DNA of 64,000 nt from a virus (lineage: Duplodnaviria > Caudoviricetes). Below, in pieces: positions 54,973-63,047 of the stretch. A model generated the notes under the pieces. It was not told where the DNA came from, ran no database searches, and was given only the letters and a program-made list of their open reading frames with translations. Both the position numbers and the translations under genes were made by a program. The stretch spans positions 6,708 to 70,707 of the IMG/VR virus record IMGVR_UViG_2974531088_000001; one strand, written 5' to 3'. Within the stretch, counting starts at the first letter, position 1. Each line of letters opens with the position of its first letter.

Positions 54973-55574
54973 GCAACCCCATCAAGGAATACCTGAACTA
55001 CACCAACGACGACGGCACCCGCGCGCTGACCGTCAACCCCCAAGCTGACGGCGGGGTGTTCCTCAAACTGTCCACCGTCCTGCCGAACGGCCAGCAACAG
55101 CTTGGCAGCATCATTGTGACCCACGACGCCGTGCCCCGCGTCCTCTTTGAAATCGCTGGCGGCAACCCCACCGAACAGGACGTGGAGGAAGCCCGGGCAA
55201 TCGCTGAGTCAATCGCGACCGGCGACCAGTCCCTCTTGAACATTGGGGCACTCGCGCGCCGCGTGCTACTGGCCCTCCACTTCAACATTCACGGCATCCC
55301 CCCGCGCGAGGAAGTCCCGGCGCCGGACGCCGAACCGTCGCGCTGCGCTGGCTGCGCTTCCGTGGATGAAGCCTACGCAGACGCCGCCCACGACAGCCAC
55401 GCCACGGAAGCCATGGCCACCATGCAAGACCCGGACTATGACCCCAACGCTGAGGAACTGGCGGACCCGGTGGACGATACCAACTACGTGGCCAAACTCG
55501 CTGCCGAGAACGCGAGCTTGAGGAACAAGCTTGCCGCCATTCAAGCGCTCACCAGCCCCCACGTGAACCTCTGA
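54969..55574 (+). CDS. Hypothetical protein
   Basis: CAGGAA RBS. Confidence 0.65.
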   Translation: MSNPIKEYLNYTNDDGTRALTVNPQADGGVFLKLSTVLPNGQQQLGSIIVTHDAVPRVLFEIAGGNPTEQDVEEARAIAESIATGDQSLLNIGALARRVLLALHFNIHGIPPREEVPAPDAEPSRCAGCASVDEAYADAAHDSHATEAMATMQDPDYDPNAEELADPVDDTNYVAKLAAENASLRNKLAAIQALTSPHVNL

Positions 55575-55578
55575 ACCC

Positions 55579-55869
55579 ATGGCCAACAAAGCTGGAACCC
55601 CACAGCCCAACTCCCGCTGTAATGGCAACTGCACCAACCCGGAATGTGGACGCCCCACCCGCACCAGCGGCAGAGTCACCCCCGAAACCAAAGGCATGCC
55701 CCGCAGCAACAAAGCCGGGGTATGCGCACGCTGCGAATACGCGGGATACACCCCAGACCCCGACGCCATGAGCGACGCCCAACTATTCGAGGGCTTCACA
55801 TGGTCCCCTGAACTCCTGGCCGACGCCGTGGACTACGCCCTCGAGGAAATTCTCTATGATGCTGCATAA
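55579..55869 (+). CDS. Cys-rich hypothetical protein
   Basis: CTNPEC…CARC. Confidence 0.6.
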   Translation: MANKAGTPQPNSRCNGNCTNPECGRPTRTSGRVTPETKGMPRSNKAGVCARCEYAGYTPDPDAMSDAQLFEGFTWSPELLADAVDYALEEILYDAA

Positions 55870-56269
55870 CCCGCCCCTCATAATCGTGGCCCACGTGCCC
55901 ATGGTGGACGCCCTGAACGCAAACAAGGGCGGACACTGGGGCAGCACCAGCCCCAAGGTCAAGGTGTTGCGCGAGCAAGGCGGCTGGCTCATGCGCGAAA
56001 AGCACAAGGGCCGGAACGTCTACTTTGAACGCTGCCACATCAACGTCCGGGTGCTGTTCCCGAACAAGGACCGCAACCGCGACACCATGAACTACTACCC
56101 CACCAGCAAAGCCCACGTAGACGGGTTCATTGACGCCAAGCTAGCGGCGAATGACCATGAGGGCATTGTTATTGGACCCCACCTGTGGCCCACCCGGGAA
56201 CTGTCCGGCATCCCCCGCATAGCCAAGTTCATCTATACGATTCACCACCTGGACAGTACCTATGAGTGA
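55856..56269 (+). CDS. Hypothetical protein
   Basis: GAGGAA RBS. Confidence 0.6.
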   Translation: MMLHNPPLIIVAHVPMVDALNANKGGHWGSTSPKVKVLREQGGWLMREKHKGRNVYFERCHINVRVLFPNKDRNRDTMNYYPTSKAHVDGFIDAKLAANDHEGIVIGPHLWPTRELSGIPRIAKFIYTIHHLDSTYE

Positions 56270-56465
56270 CCACATAGCGGCTATCCGCGCTGACCTTGAC
56301 CACGACCGCATGAAGCTGTTGGCCGAGCTCAACGCGGAAGCCCACACCCCGGCCTATTACCGGCCCCCACGCAACGAACACCCCAGCGTTGGCCAACGCC
56401 GCGCCGAACAACTCCGACACGAAAACGCCGCGTTCTACGCTGCAAGGAAGGCAAAAACCCAATGA
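56262..56465 (+). CDS. Hypothetical protein
   Basis: Operon coupling. Confidence 0.55.
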   Translation: MSDHIAAIRADLDHDRMKLLAELNAEAHTPAYYRPPRNEHPSVGQRRAEQLRHENAAFYAARKAKTQ

Positions 56466-56845
56466 GCATGCACTACAGCCGCCACCAGCGCCGCCGCGAC
56501 CGTCACAAGGGGTTGCTGTTCGGCGTGTTCCTACTTGTGGCCATGGTGCTGGTTGGCGTCGTCGCCGTCACGCAGAACGCCAGCAAACAGGCGCAGCTTT
56601 GCACCGTGTCCGGCAAGCACATGACCAGCGACGTGCAAGACGGGCAGAATATCCGCGTCTACCAGGTGGAAACCACCAACTGTGGCGTGCTGCGCATTGA
56701 AGACAACGCACTGCAGGGCGTCTTCAACAGCGCGGACCTGTTCGCAGCCGTCCAAGAGGGCCAGCGCTACCGCTTCACCACAGTAGGGTGGCGGATCCCG
56801 TTTCTGAGCCAGTTCCCCAGCGTCGTCAAGGTAGAGAGTGCCTAA
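56462..56845 (+). CDS. Membrane-anchored/secreted OB-like protein
   Basis: N-terminal TM, then CTVSGK…YQVETTNCG…D…FNSADLFA…YRFTTVGWRIPFLSQFP. Confidence 0.75.
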   Translation: MSMHYSRHQRRRDRHKGLLFGVFLLVAMVLVGVVAVTQNASKQAQLCTVSGKHMTSDVQDGQNIRVYQVETTNCGVLRIEDNALQGVFNSADLFAAVQEGQRYRFTTVGWRIPFLSQFPSVVKVESA

Positions 56846-57110
56846 GCGGGTGCGCGTCCGCTACTTCAACGCGGACGCGCGCCCGTGGTTCGTCACCCCA
56901 GCCGAACAAGCCTATGCCGACAGCTTCAACACCCCCGTGGTCTGCGTCTGCGTGGATAGCTGCCCGGAAAGCTGGGAAGACAACAAATGCGCGTTCTGCC
57001 GAGAACTCGACATATACGACCCGTGCCCCGTCATTGGCTTTGGCTGTGGCAGCGCATGCGACGACTTGGAACATTGCACCCTGGAACAGCGAAAGGCTGC
57101 CGACTCTTGA
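56838..57110 (+). CDS. Cys-rich protein
   Basis: About ten Cys residues in 90 aa. Confidence 0.55.
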   Translation: MPKRVRVRYFNADARPWFVTPAEQAYADSFNTPVVCVCVDSCPESWEDNKCAFCRELDIYDPCPVIGFGCGSACDDLEHCTLEQRKAADS

Positions 57111-57475
57111 ACTACCGTGACCCCAGCACCCGCAAGAACGCCACAAGGGGACGCCGCGCGCCCGACGCCGCACCCGCACCCCTGGAACCCCGCAACGGGC
57201 GTGGACCCGGCAAGCCCAAGCCCGTGGTCAGGACCACCCAGCCGGCACGCGAAAACCACTGGATGAAAGACCTCTACCTAGCCACCCCCGAACCGCCCCG
57301 CGACCCCGCCACGATCCGGGCAGACCTCATGGAAGCCGAGAAACTGACCCACGACCCTGACGTCGTGCATGAGGAAGGCAGCTGGGGCAGCAACGAATGC
57401 CCCCGCTGCGCAGCCATGGAACCCCTCAGCAACGAACTACTACGCGCCACACTGAGGGGGCCAAATGCGGGGTAA
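57107..57475 (+). CDS. Hypothetical protein
   Basis: TTGA overlap; GAAAGG RBS. Confidence 0.55.
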   Translation: MNYRDPSTRKNATRGRRAPDAAPAPLEPRNGRGPGKPKPVVRTTQPARENHWMKDLYLATPEPPRDPATIRADLMEAEKLTHDPDVVHEEGSWGSNECPRCAAMEPLSNELLRATLRGPNAG

Positions 57476-57977
57476 CAAGCTGCCCCTGGAACAGCGATTT
57501 TGGGCCAAGGTTGCCGTCAAAGAGCCGCGCGAGTGCTGGCCATGGACGGGAAGCATGCACGCGCAAGGCTATGGGAAGCTGGGGGCAGGGAAGCGGGGCA
57601 AGTCATTTTTGGCCCACCGTTTCGCCTATGAGCTCACCAACGGCCCGATTCCTGACGGGCTGCATATAGACCACACATGCCACAACGGCACGGACTGCCC
57701 TGGCGGCAAGACCTGCCAACACCGGAAATGCTGCAACCCGTCCCACCTGGAAGCCGTGGAACCAGTGGAGAATGTGAGCCGGTCCCACAACGCAAACGAA
57801 CACAAGACCCATTGCCCAAAGGGCCACGAGTACACCCCGGAAAACACCTATCGGCAGCCGTCCAAACCGAACGCGCGCCGCTGCCGACGTTGCGCGGCGA
57901 TCTTGGACGCGCAACCCCACCGCACGCGCGCCGGACGGCGCGAGACGAAACGAAAGAGGCAAGAACATGGCCGGTGA
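57465..57977 (+). CDS. HNH homing endonuclease
   Basis: RFWAKV…CWPWTG…GYG…AHRFAYE…IDHTC…[10 protein letters not shown]…EN. Confidence 0.92.
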   Translation: MRGNKLPLEQRFWAKVAVKEPRECWPWTGSMHAQGYGKLGAGKRGKSFLAHRFAYELTNGPIPDGLHIDHTCHNGTDCPGGKTCQHRKCCNPSHLEAVEPVENVSRSHNANEHKTHCPKGHEYTPENTYRQPSKPNARRCRRCAAILDAQPHRTRAGRRETKRKRQEHGR

Positions 57978-58539
57978 AACCACCATCACGGTGATTGGCA
58001 ATCTGACGACGGACCCCGAGCTTAGATTCGTACCTTCCGGCAGCGCGGTGGCCAACTTCACCATTGCCAGCACCCCGCGCACCTTTGACCGTCAGAGCAA
58101 CGAGTGGAAGGACGGGGAAACCCTCTTTTTGCGTGCGTCTATCTGGCGTGAGGCTGCCGAGAACGTGGCCGAGTCGCTGACCAAGGGCATGCGCGTGATT
58201 GTGTCCGGGCGGCTCAAGTCCCGCAGCTATGACACCAAGGAAGGCGAAAAGCGCACGGTCATTGAGCTTGAGGTGGACGAAATCGGCCCCAGCTTGCGCT
58301 ACGCCCAAGCCAAGGTGAACCGGACGCAGCGCAGCAACAACAACCAGGGTGGCGGGTTCGGCGGCGGTAACGGCGGGTCACAAGGCGGCTTTGGTGGTGG
58401 GGGCGGATATAGTAATCAAGGCGGTTTTGGTGGCGGTGCGAGTAGCGCGCCGGCCAACGCGGACGATCCGTGGGCCACTCCCGGTGTCAGCAATGCTGGC
58501 GGCTGGGGGAATGGCCCCGATTCCGAACCGCCCTTTTAG
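57967..58539 (+). CDS. ssb: Single-stranded DNA-binding protein
   Basis: [15 protein letters not shown]…[20 protein letters not shown]…; Gly-rich tail ending DSEPPF. Confidence 0.97.
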   Translation: MAGETTITVIGNLTTDPELRFVPSGSAVANFTIASTPRTFDRQSNEWKDGETLFLRASIWREAAENVAESLTKGMRVIVSGRLKSRSYDTKEGEKRTVIELEVDEIGPSLRYAQAKVNRTQRSNNNQGGGFGGGNGGSQGGFGGGGGYSNQGGFGGGASSAPANADDPWATPGVSNAGGWGNGPDSEPPF

Positions 58540-58590
58540 CTTCCAGTTGGTCCGGTTAGGTGCGTTTGGGTGTAGTGGAGGTAGTACGCC

Positions 58591-58644
58591 ATGAATCCCC
58601 AAGATGATGTAGACGTTGCCAGCGATCCGGTAGCCAACAGGTGA
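58591..58644 (+). CDS. Possible 17-aa acidic peptide MNPQDDVDVASDPVANR
   Basis: GGAGGT-N8-ATG; lies between ssb and the terminator. Confidence 0.35.
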   Translation: MNPQDDVDVASDPVANR

Positions 58645-58683
58645 AGGCAGAGGACGCAGGGCGTTGCGTTGGAAGCCTGACGG

Positions 58684-58720
58684 GAAAGCCCCCGGCGCAC
58701 GCTCGCGCTGGGGGCTTTTT
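58684..58720. terminator. Intrinsic terminator
   Basis: GAAAGCCCCCGGCGC…GCGCTGGGGGCTTTTT. Confidence 0.88.
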
Positions 58721-58731
58721 CGTGTCTTCAC

Positions 58732-58761
58732 TTGTGCCATTCTGTAGTGGGGTGCTACATT
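58732..58761 (+). promoter_or_regulatory. SigmaA-type promoter with palindromic operator
   Basis: TTGTGC-N18-TACATT; 22 bp identical to the 23013-23034 reverse complement. Confidence 0.8.
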
Positions 58762-58801
58762 TCTTGTATTGCAGTAATCGCCACAGCAAAGGACCAAGAC
58801 C

Positions 58802-59608
58802 ATGCCGACCTACACCACCAGCAACACAGACGTTTACCAGGGTGCGACCATGACCAACGACGAAACCGGGCACTCAGTCAAGGAAGCTGACTATGTGACC
58901 GTGGGCAAGTCCAAAAACGAGTGGTTCGTAAACCGGGTTCTGTGGCATGGGCTTGTGGAGATTGAACGCCAAAAGCCCAAGGGTGGCCTGACCCACCGCC
59001 GTGTGTGCATTGACGACCTCACGGTCACGCTGACCACCCGCACGGACGCCGAATATGAGGAAGTCCCCATGAAGGCCACAGAGGACGCGTGGCCCACCGC
59101 CGCTGACCTTGTGGCACACGCTCAAGCGTTGCTGGATAGCGGCGAGGCTGTGGACCTTGACGACGCGCTAGACGCTGCCGACGATTTGTTCCCGGAAGTT
59201 CCAGACGGCGACGACGAACGCCGCGCGTTCCACCGCCGCGCTGAGGGCATCATGCAGGAAGCGGTCAAGATCATGGAAGCGCGAGCGGTTACAGACACCC
59301 CCACGCCGCTACTCCACCCCAAGCGCGAGGTGTTCGACGTGAAAGCGAGCTTGGACGGCAAGAGGGTAGTGGAGACAATCACCGTGCAGGGTAACATCAA
59401 GCGCGCCCGGTCTGTGGCTGACATGCTCGCATGCAAGCACGGGTTCGGGCCGTTGGTGACCGAATTTCACACCAATTCCCTTGAGTGCCACCAAGGGCGA
59501 GACGGCGGCGTGGTTGAGATTGAGGATATGGACGCGGACTTCCCCGAAACCGGGCCGTGGGATGAAGAAATGACCTACGAACGCAGCGTAATTGACGCCG
59601 ATTACTAG
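58802..59608 (+). CDS. Acidic early protein (monocistronic)
   Basis: Has its own promoter, leader and terminator. Confidence 0.75.
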   Translation: MPTYTTSNTDVYQGATMTNDETGHSVKEADYVTVGKSKNEWFVNRVLWHGLVEIERQKPKGGLTHRRVCIDDLTVTLTTRTDAEYEEVPMKATEDAWPTAADLVAHAQALLDSGEAVDLDDALDAADDLFPEVPDGDDERRAFHRRAEGIMQEAVKIMEARAVTDTPTPLLHPKREVFDVKASLDGKRVVETITVQGNIKRARSVADMLACKHGFGPLVTEFHTNSLECHQGRDGGVVEIEDMDADFPETGPWDEEMTYERSVIDADY

Positions 59609-59626
59609 ACCACCCCAACCCGCAAT

Positions 59627-59651
59627 AGCCACCCCGTGAGGGTGGCTTTTT
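59627..59651 (+). terminator. Intrinsic terminator
   Basis: AGCCACCC-cgtga-GGGTGGCTTTTT. Confidence 0.8.
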
Positions 59652-59663
59652 GCGTACCCCGAC

Positions 59664-59690
59664 AAAAACCGGCACGCACGCAGAGAGAAT
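59664..59690 (+). promoter_or_regulatory. Middle-type promoter, leaderless
   Basis: AAAAACCGGCAC-N9-GAGAAT-N6-ATG. Confidence 0.8.
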
Positions 59691-59696
59691 TAGACC

Positions 59697-59936
59697 ATGG
59701 ACGCTTTCGAGTATCAGACAGTGAAAGTCCCCCGCGACGCCAAGGGACGCAGCAAAGCGCTGACGGCCTACGGTGCGCAGGGGTGGGAAGTCACGGACAC
59801 CAAGGACGCATGGCAAAAGACGGTCACCGTGACCATGCGCCGTGTGGTTCCAGGTGGCGCGAAAATCAAGCCCAAGACCCCGGGACTGTTCGCCCTGATA
59901 TTCGGGGCACTGACCCGCCACAACACCGCTAAGTAA
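59697..59936 (+). CDS. Small protein resembling DUF4177-type domains (FEYQTV…L..YGAQGWEV)
   Basis: Leaderless start. Confidence 0.65.
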   Translation: MDAFEYQTVKVPRDAKGRSKALTAYGAQGWEVTDTKDAWQKTVTVTMRRVVPGGAKIKPKTPGLFALIFGALTRHNTAK

Positions 59937-59948
59937 AGGAACCCAGCT

Positions 59949-61064
59949 TTGAAACTCACCATTGATTCCACCGCGCTGAACGACGCCGTGGCGTTCGCTT
60001 CCCGGGCCGTGAACCCCCGCCATACCGTCGCAACGTTGACGGGTCTTGTCCTGGAAGCTTCCCGGGGGGTGCTGTCCATTAGTGGCTTTGATCAGACCAA
60101 GGCCAATGCTGTGGAAATCGCCGCTGACATTGAGGAAGACGGCAAGGCGCTTTTGCCCGGTGTTGTGCTGGCCAACATGCTCAAGACCCTGCCGAATAAC
60201 AAGCCCTTGGACTTGGAAGTTGGCGACAGGGCCACCCTCAAGGTGGGGCGCGCTAAGTTCTCCACCCCGGTTATGCCCATGAATGACTACCCCACTTTGC
60301 CGGGGCTGCCCCAGCGGCTTGGGTCCGTGGATTCGGACCTTTTCGCCAAGGCCGTGGCTCAAGTCCAGCACGCTGCCGGCCGGAACTCTGACGTGGAGGT
60401 GCTGAACGGCATCTTGGTGGAGCTCCGGGGCGACACTTTGGGGTTCGTGTCCACTGACCGTTACCGCATGGCCGTGGCTGAGGTTCCCATCACCCGCTAT
60501 GAGGGCACGCCGGACGTGGCGGACTTCCTTGTGCTGGCTGAGGTTATCGCCAACGCTGCGAGGGCGAACAGCGGCAACATGGACGTGCTTGGTTCGGAAG
60601 CCCGTATTGGGTTCGTGTCCGCGACCAGGACAAGCACGGCCAACCTCATGGGCGGCAAGTATCCGAACGTCAGGGCACTGTTTCCGGCTGACCACCAGAT
60701 TGCGAACACGGCCACCATTGACGTTGACGCGCTGCTGGGGGCTGTGACTCGCGCCGCCGTCGTCGTGGACGGCAAGAACCCCATTCGCCTGACGTTCCAC
60801 CCGGGTGAGGTCATTGTCGACGCTGGCCGCGCTGACTCCAACGCTGGTGAGGAAGCGGTGGAGTGCTGGCACGACTTCGAGACGGTATCCGCTGCCGGGT
60901 TCAACCCCACCTATTTGGCTGAGGGCTTGCGCTCGCTGACGACACCCCAAGCGCACTTTGGGTTCAACATTGAAACGACGCTCAAGCCGGTCCTGTTGAC
61001 CGAGCCGGGACCGAAGCCCACGGCGCGCCAACTGCTCATGCCAATGCGACTTACCAGCGTCTAG
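59949..61064 (+). CDS. dnaN: DNA polymerase III beta sliding clamp
   Basis: 371 aa; LTGLVLEA…STDRYRMA…GKYPNVRAL…GFNPTYLAEGL…KPVLL…LLMPMRL. Confidence 0.93.
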   Translation: MKLTIDSTALNDAVAFASRAVNPRHTVATLTGLVLEASRGVLSISGFDQTKANAVEIAADIEEDGKALLPGVVLANMLKTLPNNKPLDLEVGDRATLKVGRAKFSTPVMPMNDYPTLPGLPQRLGSVDSDLFAKAVAQVQHAAGRNSDVEVLNGILVELRGDTLGFVSTDRYRMAVAEVPITRYEGTPDVADFLVLAEVIANAARANSGNMDVLGSEARIGFVSATRTSTANLMGGKYPNVRALFPADHQIANTATIDVDALLGAVTRAAVVVDGKNPIRLTFHPGEVIVDAGRADSNAGEEAVECWHDFETVSAAGFNPTYLAEGLRSLTTPQAHFGFNIETTLKPVLLTEPGPKPTARQLLMPMRLTSV

Positions 61065-61118
61065 CGCGTGTTAATCTAAGAGTCCTTCCTGCGTCGGGTT
61101 GCGAGGGGTCATAGAGGG

Positions 61119-61149
61119 AACCGGGGTTATGCAAATGCCCCGGTTTTTT
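61119..61149 (+). terminator. Intrinsic terminator
   Basis: AACCGGGG…CCCCGGTTTTTT. Confidence 0.75.
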
Positions 61150-61156
61150 CTTGCCC

Positions 61157-61183
61157 AAAAACAGGCACAACAGCGCATAGCTT
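61157..61183 (+). promoter_or_regulatory. Middle-type promoter, leaderless
   Basis: AAAAACAGGCAC-N9-TAGCTT-N5-ATG. Confidence 0.75.
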
Positions 61184-61188
61184 TGAGA

Positions 61189-61665
61189 ATGTACCGACAC
61201 CGACGAATTGAGGATCCATTGATTCCCGTAGACCAGACCATTTTTGCTGACCCGGCATCTAACGACGGCAACGCTGCTGACGGCACCCCGGGCAACTGCT
61301 TCCAGGCGTGTGTTGCTTCGCTGCTGGAACTGCCCCTTGAGGACGTGCCCCACTTCATCACGCATGAGGACTGGTGGGAGGTCACCAAGGCTTTCGTGTC
61401 CGCGCACAAGCCGGGGTGGACCATTGAGCATTTCGATACTGTGTTCCCGGCCTACCAAGACCCGGACCACCCGGAAGCGCCCACCCATGTGATTGGGTCC
61501 GGGAAGTCCCCGCGCGGCGACTTCTACCACGCGGCGATTGTGGACGCTGTGACGGGCGAGCTCGCGCACGACCCGCACCCGTCCCGGGCCGGTTTCTTGG
61601 GTGAGATGGATAGCATGTTTGCCCTCGTGGCTAAGCCCACGGTTGAACAGGTGGCAGGGAATTGA
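61189..61665 (+). CDS. Papain/peptidase-C39-like fold hypothetical protein (GNCFQACVASLL…HA…HDPHP)
   Basis: Cys…His…Asp pattern; fold assignment is an inference. Confidence 0.6.
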   Translation: MYRHRRIEDPLIPVDQTIFADPASNDGNAADGTPGNCFQACVASLLELPLEDVPHFITHEDWWEVTKAFVSAHKPGWTIEHFDTVFPAYQDPDHPEAPTHVIGSGKSPRGDFYHAAIVDAVTGELAHDPHPSRAGFLGEMDSMFALVAKPTVEQVAGN

Positions 61666-62009
61666 GCTACGACATTCACGCCGTGGTTCCCGCGCGCGAG
61701 GGCTGCTGTGCATGCCATGGTGGCGAGAACCTGGACATTGGGAACACCACCAGCAACACGTCCCCGCTGTGGCGCCACGCCGCCCCGCAGACGGACGGGC
61801 TGGCCGGAATCCATGGCAAGGCCGGCGGCGAGTTCGCCGCGTATCTGCGCACCAGCCTGGAACACATGAAAGCCCACCGACCAGAGTACGAACCACTGGT
61901 GAGGGGCGGCGGCGAGTGGGGCACTTATGACACCGCTGTTGAGTACATGACCCGGGTTGTGGAAGCCGCCGAGAAGCACCCCACGGCACGGTTTTACGTC
62001 AGCACCTAA
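61662..62009 (+). CDS. Hypothetical protein (MSYDI…N…WGTYD)
   Basis: TTGA overlap. Confidence 0.65.
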   Translation: MSYDIHAVVPAREGCCACHGGENLDIGNTTSNTSPLWRHAAPQTDGLAGIHGKAGGEFAAYLRTSLEHMKAHRPEYEPLVRGGGEWGTYDTAVEYMTRVVEAAEKHPTARFYVST

Positions 62010-62016
62010 TAGACCC

Positions 62017-62043
62017 AAAAACAGGCACGCAGCGTGTCACGCT
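62017..62043 (+). promoter_or_regulatory. Middle-type promoter
   Basis: AAAAACAGGCAC-N9-CACGCT. Confidence 0.75.
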
Positions 62044-62083
62044 TGAAGTAACGACACCCAGCCCCACAAGAAAGACCCACCCC

Positions 62084-62464
62084 ATGGATTTGTTCACTAT
62101 CTGGTTCCACGTTTTCCCCTGGATTTCCCTTTTCGCGTGCGTGTGCTTGGCGCTCATTGTGGTTTGGATGTGGTTTCCGCGGCCCAACGCCGTGGACGGC
62201 GCACGCAAGGCGGGTTTCCGCGACGGCTACAGCACCGGCCACAAGGACGGCGTGAAAGAGGGCTACAAGGCCGGGGCTGAGGATAAGCACCTCGAGGAAG
62301 GGCACTTTATCAAGTGCCCCGAGTGCGACCATGCGATCCACATTCCCACCATCCTGCATGTGAACGGCGCGCCCGGGGAACAGACCATTGATTGTGAGCC
62401 GGACACCACGGAATTGTGGCTGCACATTGAGGGCCACAAGACAGGGACAGTGGACCATGCCTGA
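62084..62464 (+). CDS. Membrane-anchored protein with Zn ribbon
   Basis: N-terminal TM; CPECDH. Confidence 0.65.
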   Translation: MDLFTIWFHVFPWISLFACVCLALIVVWMWFPRPNAVDGARKAGFRDGYSTGHKDGVKEGYKAGAEDKHLEEGHFIKCPECDHAIHIPTILHVNGAPGEQTIDCEPDTTELWLHIEGHKTGTVDHA

Positions 62465-62591
62465 GCCCCGGCCCCTGGAAGTCCCCCCGGGGCCAATTAC
62501 CGAACCGGCCTACTGCAACCATTGCGGTCAGGGCTACATACTCCAACAGTTCGCTGACGAATGCCCCTGCAGGAAGGAACCAAAGCCGTGA
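62457..62591 (+). CDS. 44-aa Cys protein
   Basis: CNHC…CPC. Confidence 0.45.
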   Translation: MPEPRPLEVPPGPITEPAYCNHCGQGYILQQFADECPCRKEPKP

Positions 62592-62731
62592 TTATCACCT
62601 ACGCCAGCACCAACGACGACTTGAAGTATCTAACCAGCTTGGGCGTCCCCTTGGAGGACGTAGCCCACCGCATGGGACGCAGCCCGGACGCCGTGCAAAC
62701 CATGCTGACCAAAGACGAACCGGAAGACTGA
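62588..62731 (+). CDS. 47-aa HTH protein
   Basis: Read by hand: LTSLGVPLEDVAHRMGRSPDAVQTML; AAGGAA RBS. Confidence 0.6.
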   Translation: MIITYASTNDDLKYLTSLGVPLEDVAHRMGRSPDAVQTMLTKDEPED

Positions 62732-62733
62732 GA

Positions 62734-63030
62734 ATGCAAAAGCAATGGAGCGCCGAAACCCTCAAGCTGCGTGCTGAGGCCGGGGAAGCGATAGACAAGC
62801 TCGCGCGGTCAATGTCAAAGGACCGCGACGACTGGGGCGACCGCAACGACTGGACCGACGAGGAACGGGAAACCGCGCTGGTCAAGGCCCACCAAACAAC
62901 GGCATGGGTGGCCATGGTCCAAATGCAAAGCTTTGACGACTTGGAACACAGCGTTGAGGTGCACATATCCAGCGGCGCCACGCACGCCACAAACCGTGGC
63001 CTAGCTGAACACCTGGCCGAAATCTACTAA
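62734..63030 (+). CDS. Hypothetical protein
   Basis: ORF track; coding-like composition. Confidence 0.65.
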   Translation: MQKQWSAETLKLRAEAGEAIDKLARSMSKDRDDWGDRNDWTDEERETALVKAHQTTAWVAMVQMQSFDDLEHSVEVHISSGATHATNRGLAEHLAEIY

Positions 63031-63047
63031 CTGAAAGGCTCACGGAC

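Noticed and set aside
58378-58873. Minus-strand ORFs across the ssb-terminator-promoter region
   Set aside because: They run through a terminator and a promoter, have no RBS and show a non-coding composition.
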